The translations under genes and the position numbers were made by a program. Shown one piece after another: positions 18,795 through 28,326 of a stretch of DNA of 64,000 bases. Position 1 is the stretch's first letter; each line of letters starts with the position of its first letter. The DNA lies in IMG/VR virus record IMGVR_UViG_3300025018_000093. One strand, 5' to 3'. The notes under the pieces are model-generated. The model was not told where the DNA came from, searched no databases, and saw nothing but the letters and a program-made list of their open reading frames with translations. The DNA is from a virus (lineage: Duplodnaviria > Caudoviricetes).

Positions 18795-20303
18795 ATGTCA
18801 AGACGACCTGTAGCCACCGGGATGCACCATGACTTCGTCAAGGGTGAGTACCGCTCCTATCGTTCGGTGAGCACGTTTCACGTTGGTGCGCATGAGAACC
18901 TGCAAATCTACGAGGATGATATCGTGGAGTTTGATGGGTATACCCTGCGAATTGGTCATGACGAGTACTCTGCTCCCAGTCTCCGGGGAGCGGTCAAGTC
19001 AGCCTGGCTGGTCCCGGAGGGTGACAACACTTCCGTGTACAACCCTCGGCCGGCAGGCGTAGTCATGTCTCCCGCAGACACGGCCAAGTCCAAAGAAAGT
19101 CAGGTCGTCGGGCGAGCTGTCATGTCCAGTGATGAGAGGGTGGTGGGGGACCGACAGCAGGTCCGACAAGCCGCCTCCCAGGGGACGTCTCGGAGCCTTC
19201 GAAAGGTGTCTGGTGGGCAGGCTGCACCCCCGGACGTGACCACTGTAGACGCCGGCATTGAAGTGGGGCGTGTGAACGTCCCTGCCAAGCATGATCGCGT
19301 AGAGCTGACCAGGAGTAATGCTCATCTGGTTGGAGCGCAAGCAATGGATCAGGCTTCAGATGGTAAGCGACGTGCGACTCTGAACTTGGATTCGGAAGCG
19401 TTGCGGAAGATTTCAGAAGCGGAGGCCAACACTGCTGGGATGACAGAGGAGGAGCTTGATGCGTGGGACGCCAAGCAGGAGCGTCGTCGGCTTGCTGCTC
19501 TCCAGGCAGAGGCTTCCCGTGAAGCTCGTCGGGCGGATTTCGTGACAGACGGAAAGCTGGGGATCACCGAACATGACCGAAAGTCTGCGGTCGCCCAGCA
19601 GCAAGTTCTCTCCGAGAAGCGGGGTGTGTACACGGGAGCGGTTCCTTTTGAAGAGGGGAACCTGCAGGAGACTGCGCAAGCTCTCCAGGCGATGGATATG
19701 TCCAGTTCCCCTGTCGTGGTTACCACAGTGGGTACGGTCTCTGGTGGACCACAGAAACCCTCCAAGGTGGTGCGCACGTCTGTGGGTGTGGACTGGGAGC
19801 TGGGACGCGAGCCGCACGTCCGAATGCAGGATGCCATACAGCGCTTTGGATGGAGCAAGGACATCATCCTGGCTATTGCTGCTGTGGAAGAGGAGGATGT
19901 GGCTCGGTTCCTCCGCCACCAAGCTGGCGCCAAGAGCGTACCCCCGTCAGTGAAGATGCGGTTTCCAGGTGTGGACGGAAGTGTCGTGGAGGCCACATTC
20001 GAGAAAGACTCTCAAATGGAGGACTTCGAGGAGGACTTCGAGGAGGACTTCGAGGAGGACCCTCAAATGGATGAAATGGATGCGGAGCTGGAGGAGGAGG
20101 GGGAACTCCCGGAAGGAACCGTGATCACTTCTACGGGGGTCTCCTGGAACACCCTGGAGCCTCCGCATTGGGCCTCTCGCGTCAAGAAAGCCGTGCAGGA
20201 GTTCCCAGGGGCGAGCGACCTGCTTTCCATTGCGGACGTCGAAGCCGAGGCTGTGGCGAACCGCCTCCGGAAGCATGTGGCGAAGATTAAGTCCCTGGAG
20301 TAA
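18795..20303 (+). CDS. Hypothetical protein with internal duplicated helical domain and acidic linker
   Basis: 502 aa with strong RBS; two W..EP.H....A+Q.F...IA.VE.E.VA..LR repeats. Confidence 0.7.
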   Translation: MSRRPVATGMHHDFVKGEYRSYRSVSTFHVGAHENLQIYEDDIVEFDGYTLRIGHDEYSAPSLRGAVKSAWLVPEGDNTSVYNPRPAGVVMSPADTAKSKESQVVGRAVMSSDERVVGDRQQVRQAASQGTSRSLRKVSGGQAAPPDVTTVDAGIEVGRVNVPAKHDRVELTRSNAHLVGAQAMDQASDGKRRATLNLDSEALRKISEAEANTAGMTEEELDAWDAKQERRRLAALQAEASREARRADFVTDGKLGITEHDRKSAVAQQQVLSEKRGVYTGAVPFEEGNLQETAQALQAMDMSSSPVVVTTVGTVSGGPQKPSKVVRTSVGVDWELGREPHVRMQDAIQRFGWSKDIILAIAAVEEEDVARFLRHQAGAKSVPPSVKMRFPGVDGSVVEATFEKDSQMEDFEEDFEEDFEEDPQMDEMDAELEEEGELPEGTVITSTGVSWNTLEPPHWASRVKKAVQEFPGASDLLSIADVEAEAVANRLRKHVAKIKSLE

Positions 20304-20372
20304 TAGCAGGAATCGCGGTAAGCGTTCAATGGGGAGCCCCATGATAGAAGCTGCTGTCACCTGGGGGCTCTC

Positions 20373-20996
20373 TTGAACAATCGACGACACAAAAACGCAG
20401 ACGAGAGCAGCGCTCCCGTAACGGTACAGAGTGCCCTATCGGAAGCACAGGAATCCCTTGGGGCAATATCCCTGCTCATGCAGGAGGCTCTTGATCTTGT
20501 GAATCGGTCTGTCTACCGAGACCACCTGTATGAGATCGCAGACCATATCATAGAGCGTGTCCCAGAGGAGGTCCTTCACCTGCAACGTGCCCTAACAGAG
20601 GCCCAGAGGACTTTGATGCAGCAGGGGAAGAAGTCCGCCTACCAGCCTTCTGGAGAGGACATGGCGGGGGTACAGACTCTCGTCCGTCGGAATGAGGACG
20701 TCAGCGAGGGCGTCTCCGACCAAGACCGCACCCAGGAGAGAGCGCTTCCTCGAAGAGAACATTCCTCCCCGGGGAACGAGAATGACTTTGCCACCCAGAA
20801 GATTTTCTTCAATGTTCCCCCAGGAACAGGTGGAGCTGATGAGGGACTCTCCAAGACTCGCACGCGGAATCGACCTCAACCTGGCGAGGAATATGGGACA
20901 CCCTACAAAGACACTCCGCTCCTGACGCGGAGGACTATGGAAGGTCTTTGGCGTCGCGCTGTGAGAGCTGCACTGCGGGAGACGTACAGTCTATGA
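20373..20996 (+). CDS. Hypothetical protein
   Basis: 207-aa ORF with ATGA overlap to the next gene; start codon uncertain. Confidence 0.55.
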   Translation: MNNRRHKNADESSAPVTVQSALSEAQESLGAISLLMQEALDLVNRSVYRDHLYEIADHIIERVPEEVLHLQRALTEAQRTLMQQGKKSAYQPSGEDMAGVQTLVRRNEDVSEGVSDQDRTQERALPRREHSSPGNENDFATQKIFFNVPPGTGGADEGLSKTRTRNRPQPGEEYGTPYKDTPLLTRRTMEGLWRRAVRAALRETYSL

Positions 20997-21814
20997 GCTT
21001 CTACAGGGACGAGGAGAAGGCAGAGAGCCGTACGCAGACTTGGAATCAGCCTGGTGAGCGCAGCACTCCACGGGATGATGGGAGTGCTGTGCCCCAGGGT
21101 ACAACCAACTGGCCGAACACATCTGCTCGCCCCCCTGCTCTTTATCAATCAGAGCGGGACTCCCAGCACCCTGCAGAGGAGCAGGACTTTGGCACGGTCG
21201 AGAACTCTGGTGGGTCTGCTAAGGTCATCCCCGAGAACTCGGACTTCGAGAACAAGGGGGATCGGATTCGGTTTGGGCGGAAAAAGGAAGCCATCCGCAT
21301 GGACCACATCCGGCAGTATGTGTCGGAGGCTGTGCGTGCAAAGGCTAAGAATTACACCCCCAAACTGAAGCGGGTGGACAAGAAAAACATGATCTGGACG
21401 TACCAGGTTGGAAAGTGGGAAGTGAAGGCAAAGGTATCCTTTTCGCACCCTCGGATGACTGACCTTAGGAAGGCGGACCTGCATTTGACCTGCTCCTGTC
21501 CCTTCTGGCGCTGGCAGGGACCAGAGCACTGGGGAAAGGAGGAAGACTACCTTCGAGGTACTCCCCGAGGTACGGCTTCTTTCCCCATCATCCGAGATCC
21601 TGAGCATGAGAAGGCAGTGTGCAAGCACGTCTACGCGGTTTTCTCGGCACTGGAGGGGGTGATGCTGGCGAGGCGGGAGAAGAAAGGGTCTACGCGACCC
21701 TTGCTGGCAGCGGTGCAAAGGGGGCGTGTGACGGTATCCTATGAGGGGAGGGAGCACCTCGCGAAAGCGATTGTTCGCCGCTACCTGAGAGGAGAGTGTG
21801 ATGCCCACTTATGA
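20993..21814 (+). CDS. SWIM-type zinc-finger protein
   Basis: LTCSCPFW...VCKHVYAV (CxC-xn-CxH). Confidence 0.75.
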   Translation: MSFYRDEEKAESRTQTWNQPGERSTPRDDGSAVPQGTTNWPNTSARPPALYQSERDSQHPAEEQDFGTVENSGGSAKVIPENSDFENKGDRIRFGRKKEAIRMDHIRQYVSEAVRAKAKNYTPKLKRVDKKNMIWTYQVGKWEVKAKVSFSHPRMTDLRKADLHLTCSCPFWRWQGPEHWGKEEDYLRGTPRGTASFPIIRDPEHEKAVCKHVYAVFSALEGVMLARREKKGSTRPLLAAVQRGRVTVSYEGREHLAKAIVRRYLRGECDAHL

Positions 21815-22184
21815 GTACGCTTGCCGTGACTGTGGCCACCGTTTCGAGCGCCTTCTTCGTCTGAAGGATCGCAAGGAAACGCAGGTGTGTGATGCTTGTC
21901 AATCTCTGGAGACGGAGAAGATTTTCACGACCTGTAACTTCATCCTGAAAGGGGACGGATGGCCGGGTAAGACTTTCCGCATCAACGACCAGATGAGCAA
22001 GAAAAACGAGCGCCTCGACCGGAAGCAAAACGAGATGAAGCGGGAGGCTCCGGGTATGAAACTAGCCCCCAATGTTGAGGGGGAGAGAGTAGATAGCTGG
22101 AGCGAAGCTCAGCGGCTAGCTGCCAGCAAGGGTAAGGATGCGCAAAGTTACGAGACCCTCGTGCGACAGGAGAAGTCCCAGTGA
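21801..22184 (+). CDS. FmdB-family zinc-ribbon protein
   Basis: MPTYEYACRDCGHRFE...CDACQS...EKIF. Confidence 0.85.
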   Translation: MPTYEYACRDCGHRFERLLRLKDRKETQVCDACQSLETEKIFTTCNFILKGDGWPGKTFRINDQMSKKNERLDRKQNEMKREAPGMKLAPNVEGERVDSWSEAQRLAASKGKDAQSYETLVRQEKSQ

Positions 22185-22873
22185 GTGCCACATCTAGTTT
22201 GTTGACCCGCTCCGTCCACTTGGTGGACCTCATGATCAAGAAGGATCCTAACATCCTGCGTTATAGGGTTCGGGGACACTGCACGCTTGATGGAGCCTTC
22301 TTCGGTGCCGTCGAGATGTTCACCGTTCAAAAGGGGAGCCACTACCGCAGCCACACCCTCTTGGTTAACAAGACGGGGGTGGTCGAGGACTCCAAACGGG
22401 GGATGACACGGATCACATTCGATCCGGATGACTTCGGCCCAACGAGCCCGAGTCTCCCGAAGGACCATGACGTGTTGTTCCTGCGCGTGGAGGATTACAG
22501 CATTGCTCTCGGAGGATACCTTCCCCCTGGGCAGATCCTAATCATCCCACCACCGGAGTTTTTCGGGGTGCAGGACTCAACGATAACCGTGGCGGGGACA
22601 GCTCCAGGTGGTGTGGGCGCAACACAGGGTGCTAACCCCCCTCCTGGTGCAATGACCTTTGGGCTTCCCCTATACTCCACAAGCGCCAACATCACGAACC
22701 TGGACAGTACAAACAACCTGCTGGTGTCCTTCAATGAGGGTCTGCCGATGGTTGCTATTGCTCCCAAGAGTAGTGTGCTGATCTCGGATGGCTCTGTTGT
22801 CGAGGTCTACGTGGCCTCTTCCGTTGCGAACCCCGTGGAGTTCTCGATGTTCTTCACTCTGACGAAGGTATGA
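22181..22873 (+). CDS. Putative virion structural protein
   Basis: 230-aa beta-rich ORF at the start of the fibre/decoration cluster. Confidence 0.55.
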   Translation: MSATSSLLTRSVHLVDLMIKKDPNILRYRVRGHCTLDGAFFGAVEMFTVQKGSHYRSHTLLVNKTGVVEDSKRGMTRITFDPDDFGPTSPSLPKDHDVLFLRVEDYSIALGGYLPPGQILIIPPPEFFGVQDSTITVAGTAPGGVGATQGANPPPGAMTFGLPLYSTSANITNLDSTNNLLVSFNEGLPMVAIAPKSSVLISDGSVVEVYVASSVANPVEFSMFFTLTKV

Positions 22874-22880
22874 TGCCCCC

Positions 22881-23240
22881 ATGCCATTTCCGCCCAATTG
22901 GCCCCCGACAACCGGGAGTGGGCGTAAGTCAGAGCGAATCTACGTGAGTGGCATCGCGACGTCTGACTACGCCGACCATGCCTACATGTTTGTGGACTTG
23001 GCCTTCCCGGAGGGAAAGTGTCCTCGTAAACCAGACGTGTACCCTCTGACGGCCATTCGGGTGTTCAACGATGGGACAGCAGACTTGTTCGTGGCCTTTG
23101 ATGGGATCACCACACATGGGATCGTGCGGCCCTCAGAGAAACTCTTGTTTGAGGACCGAGTGGAGACAGGTATCGCTGTGCGTACAGATTCCACGCATAT
23201 TCATCCTCTGTACGCATCCTTTCGGGTCGAGGGGTGGTAA
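22881..23240 (+). CDS. Putative small virion beta-sandwich protein
   Basis: IRVFNDGTADLFVAFDG...GIVRPSE segment; operon context. Confidence 0.55.
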   Translation: MPFPPNWPPTTGSGRKSERIYVSGIATSDYADHAYMFVDLAFPEGKCPRKPDVYPLTAIRVFNDGTADLFVAFDGITTHGIVRPSEKLLFEDRVETGIAVRTDSTHIHPLYASFRVEGW

Positions 23241-23510
23241 GTGGCGAAGATCACCATTGGACGGGTGCTGGATTCCACCACAGATTCCGTGGTGGTGGTC
23301 CAGGGATCTCCTGCCGTAGATACGAACTCCTGGCCAGTCCGGGATTTGAACAAACTCGTACCCAAGGAGTACGACTACATTTCGCTGTCCTACACAGGGG
23401 ACAATCTCACCACTGTCGTCTATCGTCAGGGGGGCTCCGCAGGGACCCTTGTGGCTACGCTGGAGCTTACCTACACGGGAAGCCATTTGGACACAGTGAC
23501 CCGAACTTAA
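23241..23510 (+). CDS. Putative small virion protein
   Basis: EYDYISLSYTGDNLTTVVY...ATLELTYTGSHLDTVTRT, a common phage structural motif. Confidence 0.6.
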   Translation: MAKITIGRVLDSTTDSVVVVQGSPAVDTNSWPVRDLNKLVPKEYDYISLSYTGDNLTTVVYRQGGSAGTLVATLELTYTGSHLDTVTRT

Positions 23511-23534
23511 CACCGTGGATTCTCTGTTGGGCTC

Positions 23535-24374
23535 ATGGCCAGAATCATCTTCAACCCGTTCACAGGTAGCTTTGACTACATTGTGTCCACACTTGCTGAG
23601 GTGGACGATGTGGAAAGCTCTGTCCTACCAACGAAGGGGTCTCTCCTGGCGGGGGATGGTTCGCTATGGCAGGAGCTGGGCGTCGGGACCAACAACTACG
23701 TCCTGATCGCAGATAGCACCCAACCTCTGGGTGTGCGCTGGTCTGCTGCGGCTCCCGGTGCAGGGGACGTGGTAGGACCTGGAAGTTCCACGGACAATGC
23801 TCTTGTCCGTTTTGATGGAGCCACTGGAAAGCTCCTCCAGAACTCAGGGGTTATTGTTGATGACAGTGACAACCTGACTCTCCCAGGGACCTTGAACGGG
23901 GTCCAGCACTTTGCAAGTGGGAGTGCCGACCCTGGGGTTCCAACTCCAGCCGATGGGGACCGCTACTTCAACACCTCTTTGAAAGAGGAGATGCGGTATG
24001 ACGGGAGTCGCTCGAAGTGGCTCAGCGTGGGTTCTCTCAACGTGCAAGCAGGTAGGCGAGGAAACACTCTTGCCGGTAGCTACTACCGAGCCGTGGATGG
24101 GATGACCTTTGACGGGGGGCATCTTGGAGTGTGTGCCCCGAAGGGCACCTTGGTATATCTTGGTTGGTCAAAGGGGAGCGCTGCAACCGCAACTCTGGAG
24201 GTACTGGTGGGTGGCGTTGTTGTTACCACCTTGACAAATCCTGCCGCAGGGTCTGTAGCCTCGCTAACAGTCAATGCGGACTTCGATGCTGGAAACATGT
24301 CATTTCGTAACCAGACGGGTGGAAGCACGACGACGGACGTGCAGGTCTTTGCGGTCTTCAAGAGGAGAGTCTGA
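23535..24374 (+). CDS. Fibre-like virion protein
   Basis: FNPFTGSFDY N-terminus; GDVVGPGSSTDNALVRFDGATGKLLQNS fibre motif. Confidence 0.65.
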   Translation: MARIIFNPFTGSFDYIVSTLAEVDDVESSVLPTKGSLLAGDGSLWQELGVGTNNYVLIADSTQPLGVRWSAAAPGAGDVVGPGSSTDNALVRFDGATGKLLQNSGVIVDDSDNLTLPGTLNGVQHFASGSADPGVPTPADGDRYFNTSLKEEMRYDGSRSKWLSVGSLNVQAGRRGNTLAGSYYRAVDGMTFDGGHLGVCAPKGTLVYLGWSKGSAATATLEVLVGGVVVTTLTNPAAGSVASLTVNADFDAGNMSFRNQTGGSTTTDVQVFAVFKRRV

Positions 24375-24967
24375 TGGCTCTAACCCTCGTCGCCAAGAAC
24401 CTGACAGCATCCGATGTGGTGCTGGTGCAGCTTGCTGTGACGGTACCCGGAAGTGGCCAGGCAATCCTGACCGATGCCAATGTCTGGTTTGAGATTCGGG
24501 ATGACCCTCAGCTTGAGCTGGAAATCCTGGACAACCAGCTCATCCTCAGTGATGGGTTCAATGACTATGACAAGGCTGGGAGTCTTGCTCTCCTGAACCC
24601 GCCGATAGCAGGACAGCTGCGGAGCTATCCTGGAGCATTTACAGTCCCCTCGTCGGTTGCCGTGGGTGATATTGTATGCGTGACGGGAGCCAACAGCGCC
24701 GACGTAGCGGATGACAGTACCATAACCAAACTTCCTGCTATGGGTGTGGTTCTCCAGAAACTTAGTACGGTAACGGCTACGCTTCTCTACCGGGGAGAAG
24801 CGCACATTTTCAGTGGCCTTACGCCAGGAGCTAGGTACTTCATTGCTACGTCTGGGGGTCTCACGCTAACTCCCACTGACGTAGTGGGGAAGTACATCCA
24901 GTCTGTTGGAGTCGCCATTGATGACAACACTCTCTTTTTTGATCCCGGAATGCTGATCAAGCTATGA
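24374..24967 (+). CDS. Head-fibre/cement-like protein (DUF2190-like C-terminus)
   Basis: VAVGDIVCV...GVV...GLTPGARYFIA..GGLT...VGVAID pattern. Confidence 0.55.
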   Translation: MALTLVAKNLTASDVVLVQLAVTVPGSGQAILTDANVWFEIRDDPQLELEILDNQLILSDGFNDYDKAGSLALLNPPIAGQLRSYPGAFTVPSSVAVGDIVCVTGANSADVADDSTITKLPAMGVVLQKLSTVTATLLYRGEAHIFSGLTPGARYFIATSGGLTLTPTDVVGKYIQSVGVAIDDNTLFFDPGMLIKL

Positions 24968-25248
24968 GTGCAAAACAGTTTTTGCCGGAGCTTCTTCTTT
25001 GGAAACTTCGGGCGCACTACTATGAAGCAGAGTTGGCTCTGGAGAGGGCTCGAAGTGCGTCTCTGAAACGAGATCACTTGGTGGCTGAGGTCCGTGCTAA
25101 GATCACGCAGGACCTTCCAGAGGGGTGCGTCGTCCTTGAAATCGATATGGAGACAGGTGCTTTCACGTTTGGTCTCCCACCTTGCAAGAGTACTTCTATA
25201 GCTCCCCCTAGTAGAGGCACGGAGGTGCAAGATGGCAGAGCAAGCTAG
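24964..25248 (+). CDS. Small coiled-coil protein, possible fibre chaperone
   Basis: Helical run followed by LPEGCVVLEIDMETG; follows a fibre gene. Confidence 0.45.
   Translation: MSAKQFLPELLLWKLRAHYYEAELALERARSASLKRDHLVAEVRAKITQDLPEGCVVLEIDMETGAFTFGLPPCKSTSIAPPSRGTEVQDGRAS
25197..25214 (+). promoter_or_regulatory. Candidate late promoter TATAG-N9-GTAG
   Basis: TATAGCTCCCCCTAGTAG just before a structural gene; near-match to 58237. Confidence 0.45.
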
Positions 25249-25615
25249 ATTTCAACTGACAACCGCTGGTAAGCAGTTCGCGCAAGCAGGCTACTTCCGG
25301 TTTCGCGTGGCCTTCACAGGATCCACTGGAGGTGTGACTCGTTACTATCAGCAGAGGGACTGCCCTGTCATTCAGATGGGGCATCCTGGGCTCAACGATG
25401 TTCTGGGTACCACGAATGTCTGGGCCATCTCAAACATGAGATTGATGAAAGTACCGGATCAAACTCGAAGAGGGGGTTCTAAGAAGGACTCCGGTCTTGT
25501 GTTCGAGGACGTAACCTCAACAACAACTCCTGGGGATGTAGACCAGGATCTCGACGTGATTTTCGACATCGTGCGGAACGTGGGAGTATACCATGGCGAA
25601 TGCAATTCCGCTTAA
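25232..25615 (+). CDS. Hypothetical virion protein
   Basis: GGAGG RBS; 127 aa. Confidence 0.6.
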   Translation: MAEQARFQLTTAGKQFAQAGYFRFRVAFTGSTGGVTRYYQQRDCPVIQMGHPGLNDVLGTTNVWAISNMRLMKVPDQTRRGGSKKDSGLVFEDVTSTTTPGDVDQDLDVIFDIVRNVGVYHGECNSA

Positions 25616-27668
25616 GGTCAACAATGCCGAGGGCTGCGTTGAGCAATTTGGTAGTACCGATGTACTTCTTGCTGACGGCGTAGAGCGTCGGTCTTCTACA
25701 GGCAACCTGATCATTGGTTCTGTTCTGGGGACTGTGGAAGCCACGGGATCGATCACGGTTGCCGGGGTTCCCGCCGCCGCTGGTGGCACAATCACGATCA
25801 ATGGCACGGTGCTGACAGCTGTTGATGGTGCTCGCACCCCTGGGAGCAATGACTTTAGTCTTGACTCCGGGACGGTAAATGGAATCGCTTCCGAGATTGT
25901 CGCTGCAATCAACGACGTGGCCAATGGCTTCACAAGCATCGTTACGGCTGTTGATGGTACGGGTGTTGTCAACCTGACCGCTGTCCCGCTGGGGACTGCC
26001 GGAAACAGTATCACCCTAGCCACGTCCGATGCCGTCAGTTTCACCCTCTCGGGTGTTAACCTCACAGGTGGCGTTACCGATTCGTTGCAACTCGGGAGCG
26101 CGACTTCGATTGTTGCCATCCAAGGTGATCTTACCGTTGCAGGGTCTTCCACAATCTCTGTGGATGAAACTGTTATTGGGGACTTCGCGGTTGAGGGAAA
26201 CGTTTCTCTCGGCACGGGAGATGGTGACACCATTGACTTGGGTGGTGGTACCAGTGACACAGTCAATCTGAATGCAGACCTGACTGTGGGAGCGGGAGTC
26301 GTCAGCATTGGTAGCAGCGTCACAGATTACCTTGGTGATCTGTGGCTCGATGCGGTTAACACCAATGGCCCCGGACTTGCGGCGTACAACTTGAACGCCA
26401 CAGGGACAAATGCGGGTGCTTACGCCATTGGCGTTGATCCGTCGCTTCTGCTTAACGCGAGTGCCACGGACCTGATGACCGTCCTTGATCAGTTGGACGC
26501 TGCCATCTCCGCCTCGGGTGCTGACACCCTTCAGACAGCCTATGCAGCGGGAAACACCATCGCTGTTACGGCTGCTGAGGGAACCATCGACTTCTCCAAC
26601 AGTACGGCTTCAGACACAACTACGGTTTTGACTGTTAGCCGAGCCCCTTCCTCCTCTACAGGGGGAAATGGGATTGACTTGTCGATGGGTGCCAATACCA
26701 CAGGTGTTGGCCTCAGTATCTTGGCTGCGGGATCCGGGGATGCTCTGTTCGTGGACAACACTGGCTCTGGGAATGCCCTGGATGTCCAGGATGGCAGTAG
26801 CAGTGTTCTCCAGGTGACGGGTGCGGGTGCTGTCAATGTGACTCCGACTTCGGGTCAGAGTCTTACCATGACGGTTGCTGGTGCGGGTGTCGTTGACATC
26901 AATGCAGCGGGCGCTATCACCCTTGACTCTACAGGTGCCGGAATCAGTCTGGATGGCGCGGGTGCGTCCAACTTTACAACCAGCACCGGGGATCTAACCG
27001 TCAACACGGCAAGTGGTTCTTTGGTCATGTCGGCAACGACAGCCGTCACGCTTGACGCTACTGTGGGTGGCGTCAGCATTGATGCTGCTGCGGCATCAAA
27101 CTTCTCTACTTCGGCGGGCAATCTCACGCTGGATGCTGCTGCTGCAGAGCTGGTTTTTGACGATGTTGGGAACAGTGGTTTGACCCTGAGTCAATCCAGT
27201 GACCGTACCCTGAGCCCCACAGGTGCCGGCCTCCTGTATGACGGGGTTACCTCCATCATTGGGGCTTTCAATGCCCTTGGTGTGCGTGACAAGTTCACGA
27301 AGACTCTTCCGATTGAAGTCGGTGTGACGATTTCAGCTGGATACGTGGTTGCCGCCTCCACGACCTCCGGGAGATTGACAAATGGCACGGGTGGGAGCGG
27401 TGGAAATAAGGCGATTGTCGGGATTGCTCTGAGTGGTGGCACAGGGGATGCGGGTGGTACTGTAACAGCGACGTTCGTTCTACCTGGGGCGTATGTCACG
27501 GTCGCAGGTGGTTCCTTTACGCCGGGGACCCCGGTGTTCGCACCACTCCTTGCTGGACCTCCTTCCGATACCTTCTCCGGGGGTACTGGAGACCGTAACA
27601 TCCGTCTCGGGTACGCAATCACCTCTACGGATATCGTGTTCATGCCGACAGTGGGTGTTGGCATCTAA
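25593..27668 (+). CDS. Long T/G/S/A-rich fibre protein with beta-solenoid repeats and cement-like C-terminus
   Basis: 691 aa; repeats TLDxTxxGxSxDxAxASNFxTSxGxLT. Confidence 0.7.
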   Translation: MANAIPLKVNNAEGCVEQFGSTDVLLADGVERRSSTGNLIIGSVLGTVEATGSITVAGVPAAAGGTITINGTVLTAVDGARTPGSNDFSLDSGTVNGIASEIVAAINDVANGFTSIVTAVDGTGVVNLTAVPLGTAGNSITLATSDAVSFTLSGVNLTGGVTDSLQLGSATSIVAIQGDLTVAGSSTISVDETVIGDFAVEGNVSLGTGDGDTIDLGGGTSDTVNLNADLTVGAGVVSIGSSVTDYLGDLWLDAVNTNGPGLAAYNLNATGTNAGAYAIGVDPSLLLNASATDLMTVLDQLDAAISASGADTLQTAYAAGNTIAVTAAEGTIDFSNSTASDTTTVLTVSRAPSSSTGGNGIDLSMGANTTGVGLSILAAGSGDALFVDNTGSGNALDVQDGSSSVLQVTGAGAVNVTPTSGQSLTMTVAGAGVVDINAAGAITLDSTGAGISLDGAGASNFTTSTGDLTVNTASGSLVMSATTAVTLDATVGGVSIDAAAASNFSTSAGNLTLDAAAAELVFDDVGNSGLTLSQSSDRTLSPTGAGLLYDGVTSIIGAFNALGVRDKFTKTLPIEVGVTISAGYVVAASTTSGRLTNGTGGSGGNKAIVGIALSGGTGDAGGTVTATFVLPGAYVTVAGGSFTPGTPVFAPLLAGPPSDTFSGGTGDRNIRLGYAITSTDIVFMPTVGVGI

Positions 27669-27681
27669 CGGAGTCGTGCAC

Positions 27682-28035
27682 ATGAGTAAGTCTCGGGCTA
27701 GCAGTGAGGAGGGAAGGGGCAGTAACGAAAAGGTTGCAACCCTTCCCCGGTCCCCTTCTCTTCCAGCAGAAAAATCTATCCCACTACCGGAGCATCTCCG
27801 GTGGAAGGTCAAGGCTTTCCAGGAAGGGGAGGAAAAAGCGCAAGCAAACGTCAAGGCTGCCCAGGCAGAGCTTCATTTGCGGCAGGTGGAATTGCAGGGG
27901 GCACGCAAGGAGCTTCAACTTGTGGTCGATGAGGTGACTTTCGCACTGCAGAGTAGTGTTCCTCCGGGATACATTCTCGCGGAATTGAACCCTACCCGTG
28001 GAGTGGCCCTCTGTCGCTTAGCTCCTGCGGAGTAG
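27682..28035 (+). CDS. Small coiled-coil protein, possible fibre chaperone
   Basis: Same layout as 24964-25248 (LPE.L.WK...helix...VPPGY.L.E). Confidence 0.5.
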   Translation: MSKSRASSEEGRGSNEKVATLPRSPSLPAEKSIPLPEHLRWKVKAFQEGEEKAQANVKAAQAELHLRQVELQGARKELQLVVDEVTFALQSSVPPGYILAELNPTRGVALCRLAPAE

Positions 28036-28038
28036 CGC

Positions 28039-28323
28039 ATGACCACCCCCAAAAATGGGCTCATCGTTGGTGTTCTGGATGCCTACGGGAACTTTGAGAC
28101 AGAGCAGCAGGTAGATGACCCTGAGAAAGGGGACATGGTCTATTTCGAAGGCCCAGAATGGGTAGCTCTGACACCGGGGACCACAGGGCATTTTCTCCAA
28201 ACCCAGGGTACGGGAGAGGTCCCTGTGTGGGCTCCCGCTACAGCGTCGTTTGACGAGATAGTGTTGGAAGAGAACGGCGCTATAGTCTACGTCGGGGACG
28301 GCGAGTTCGTATTGAGGGGATAG
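28039..28323 (+). CDS. Small virion protein
   Basis: GDMVYFEGPEWVALTPGTTGHFLQTQG..PVW fibre-type motif. Confidence 0.55.
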   Translation: MTTPKNGLIVGVLDAYGNFETEQQVDDPEKGDMVYFEGPEWVALTPGTTGHFLQTQGTGEVPVWAPATASFDEIVLEENGAIVYVGDGEFVLRG

Positions 28324-28326
28324 TCT

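Noticed and set aside
27705-27755. Hairpin gggaaggg...cccttccc as a terminator or leader RNA
   Set aside because: No U-tract, and it lies within the probable 5' coding region of the 27682 gene.
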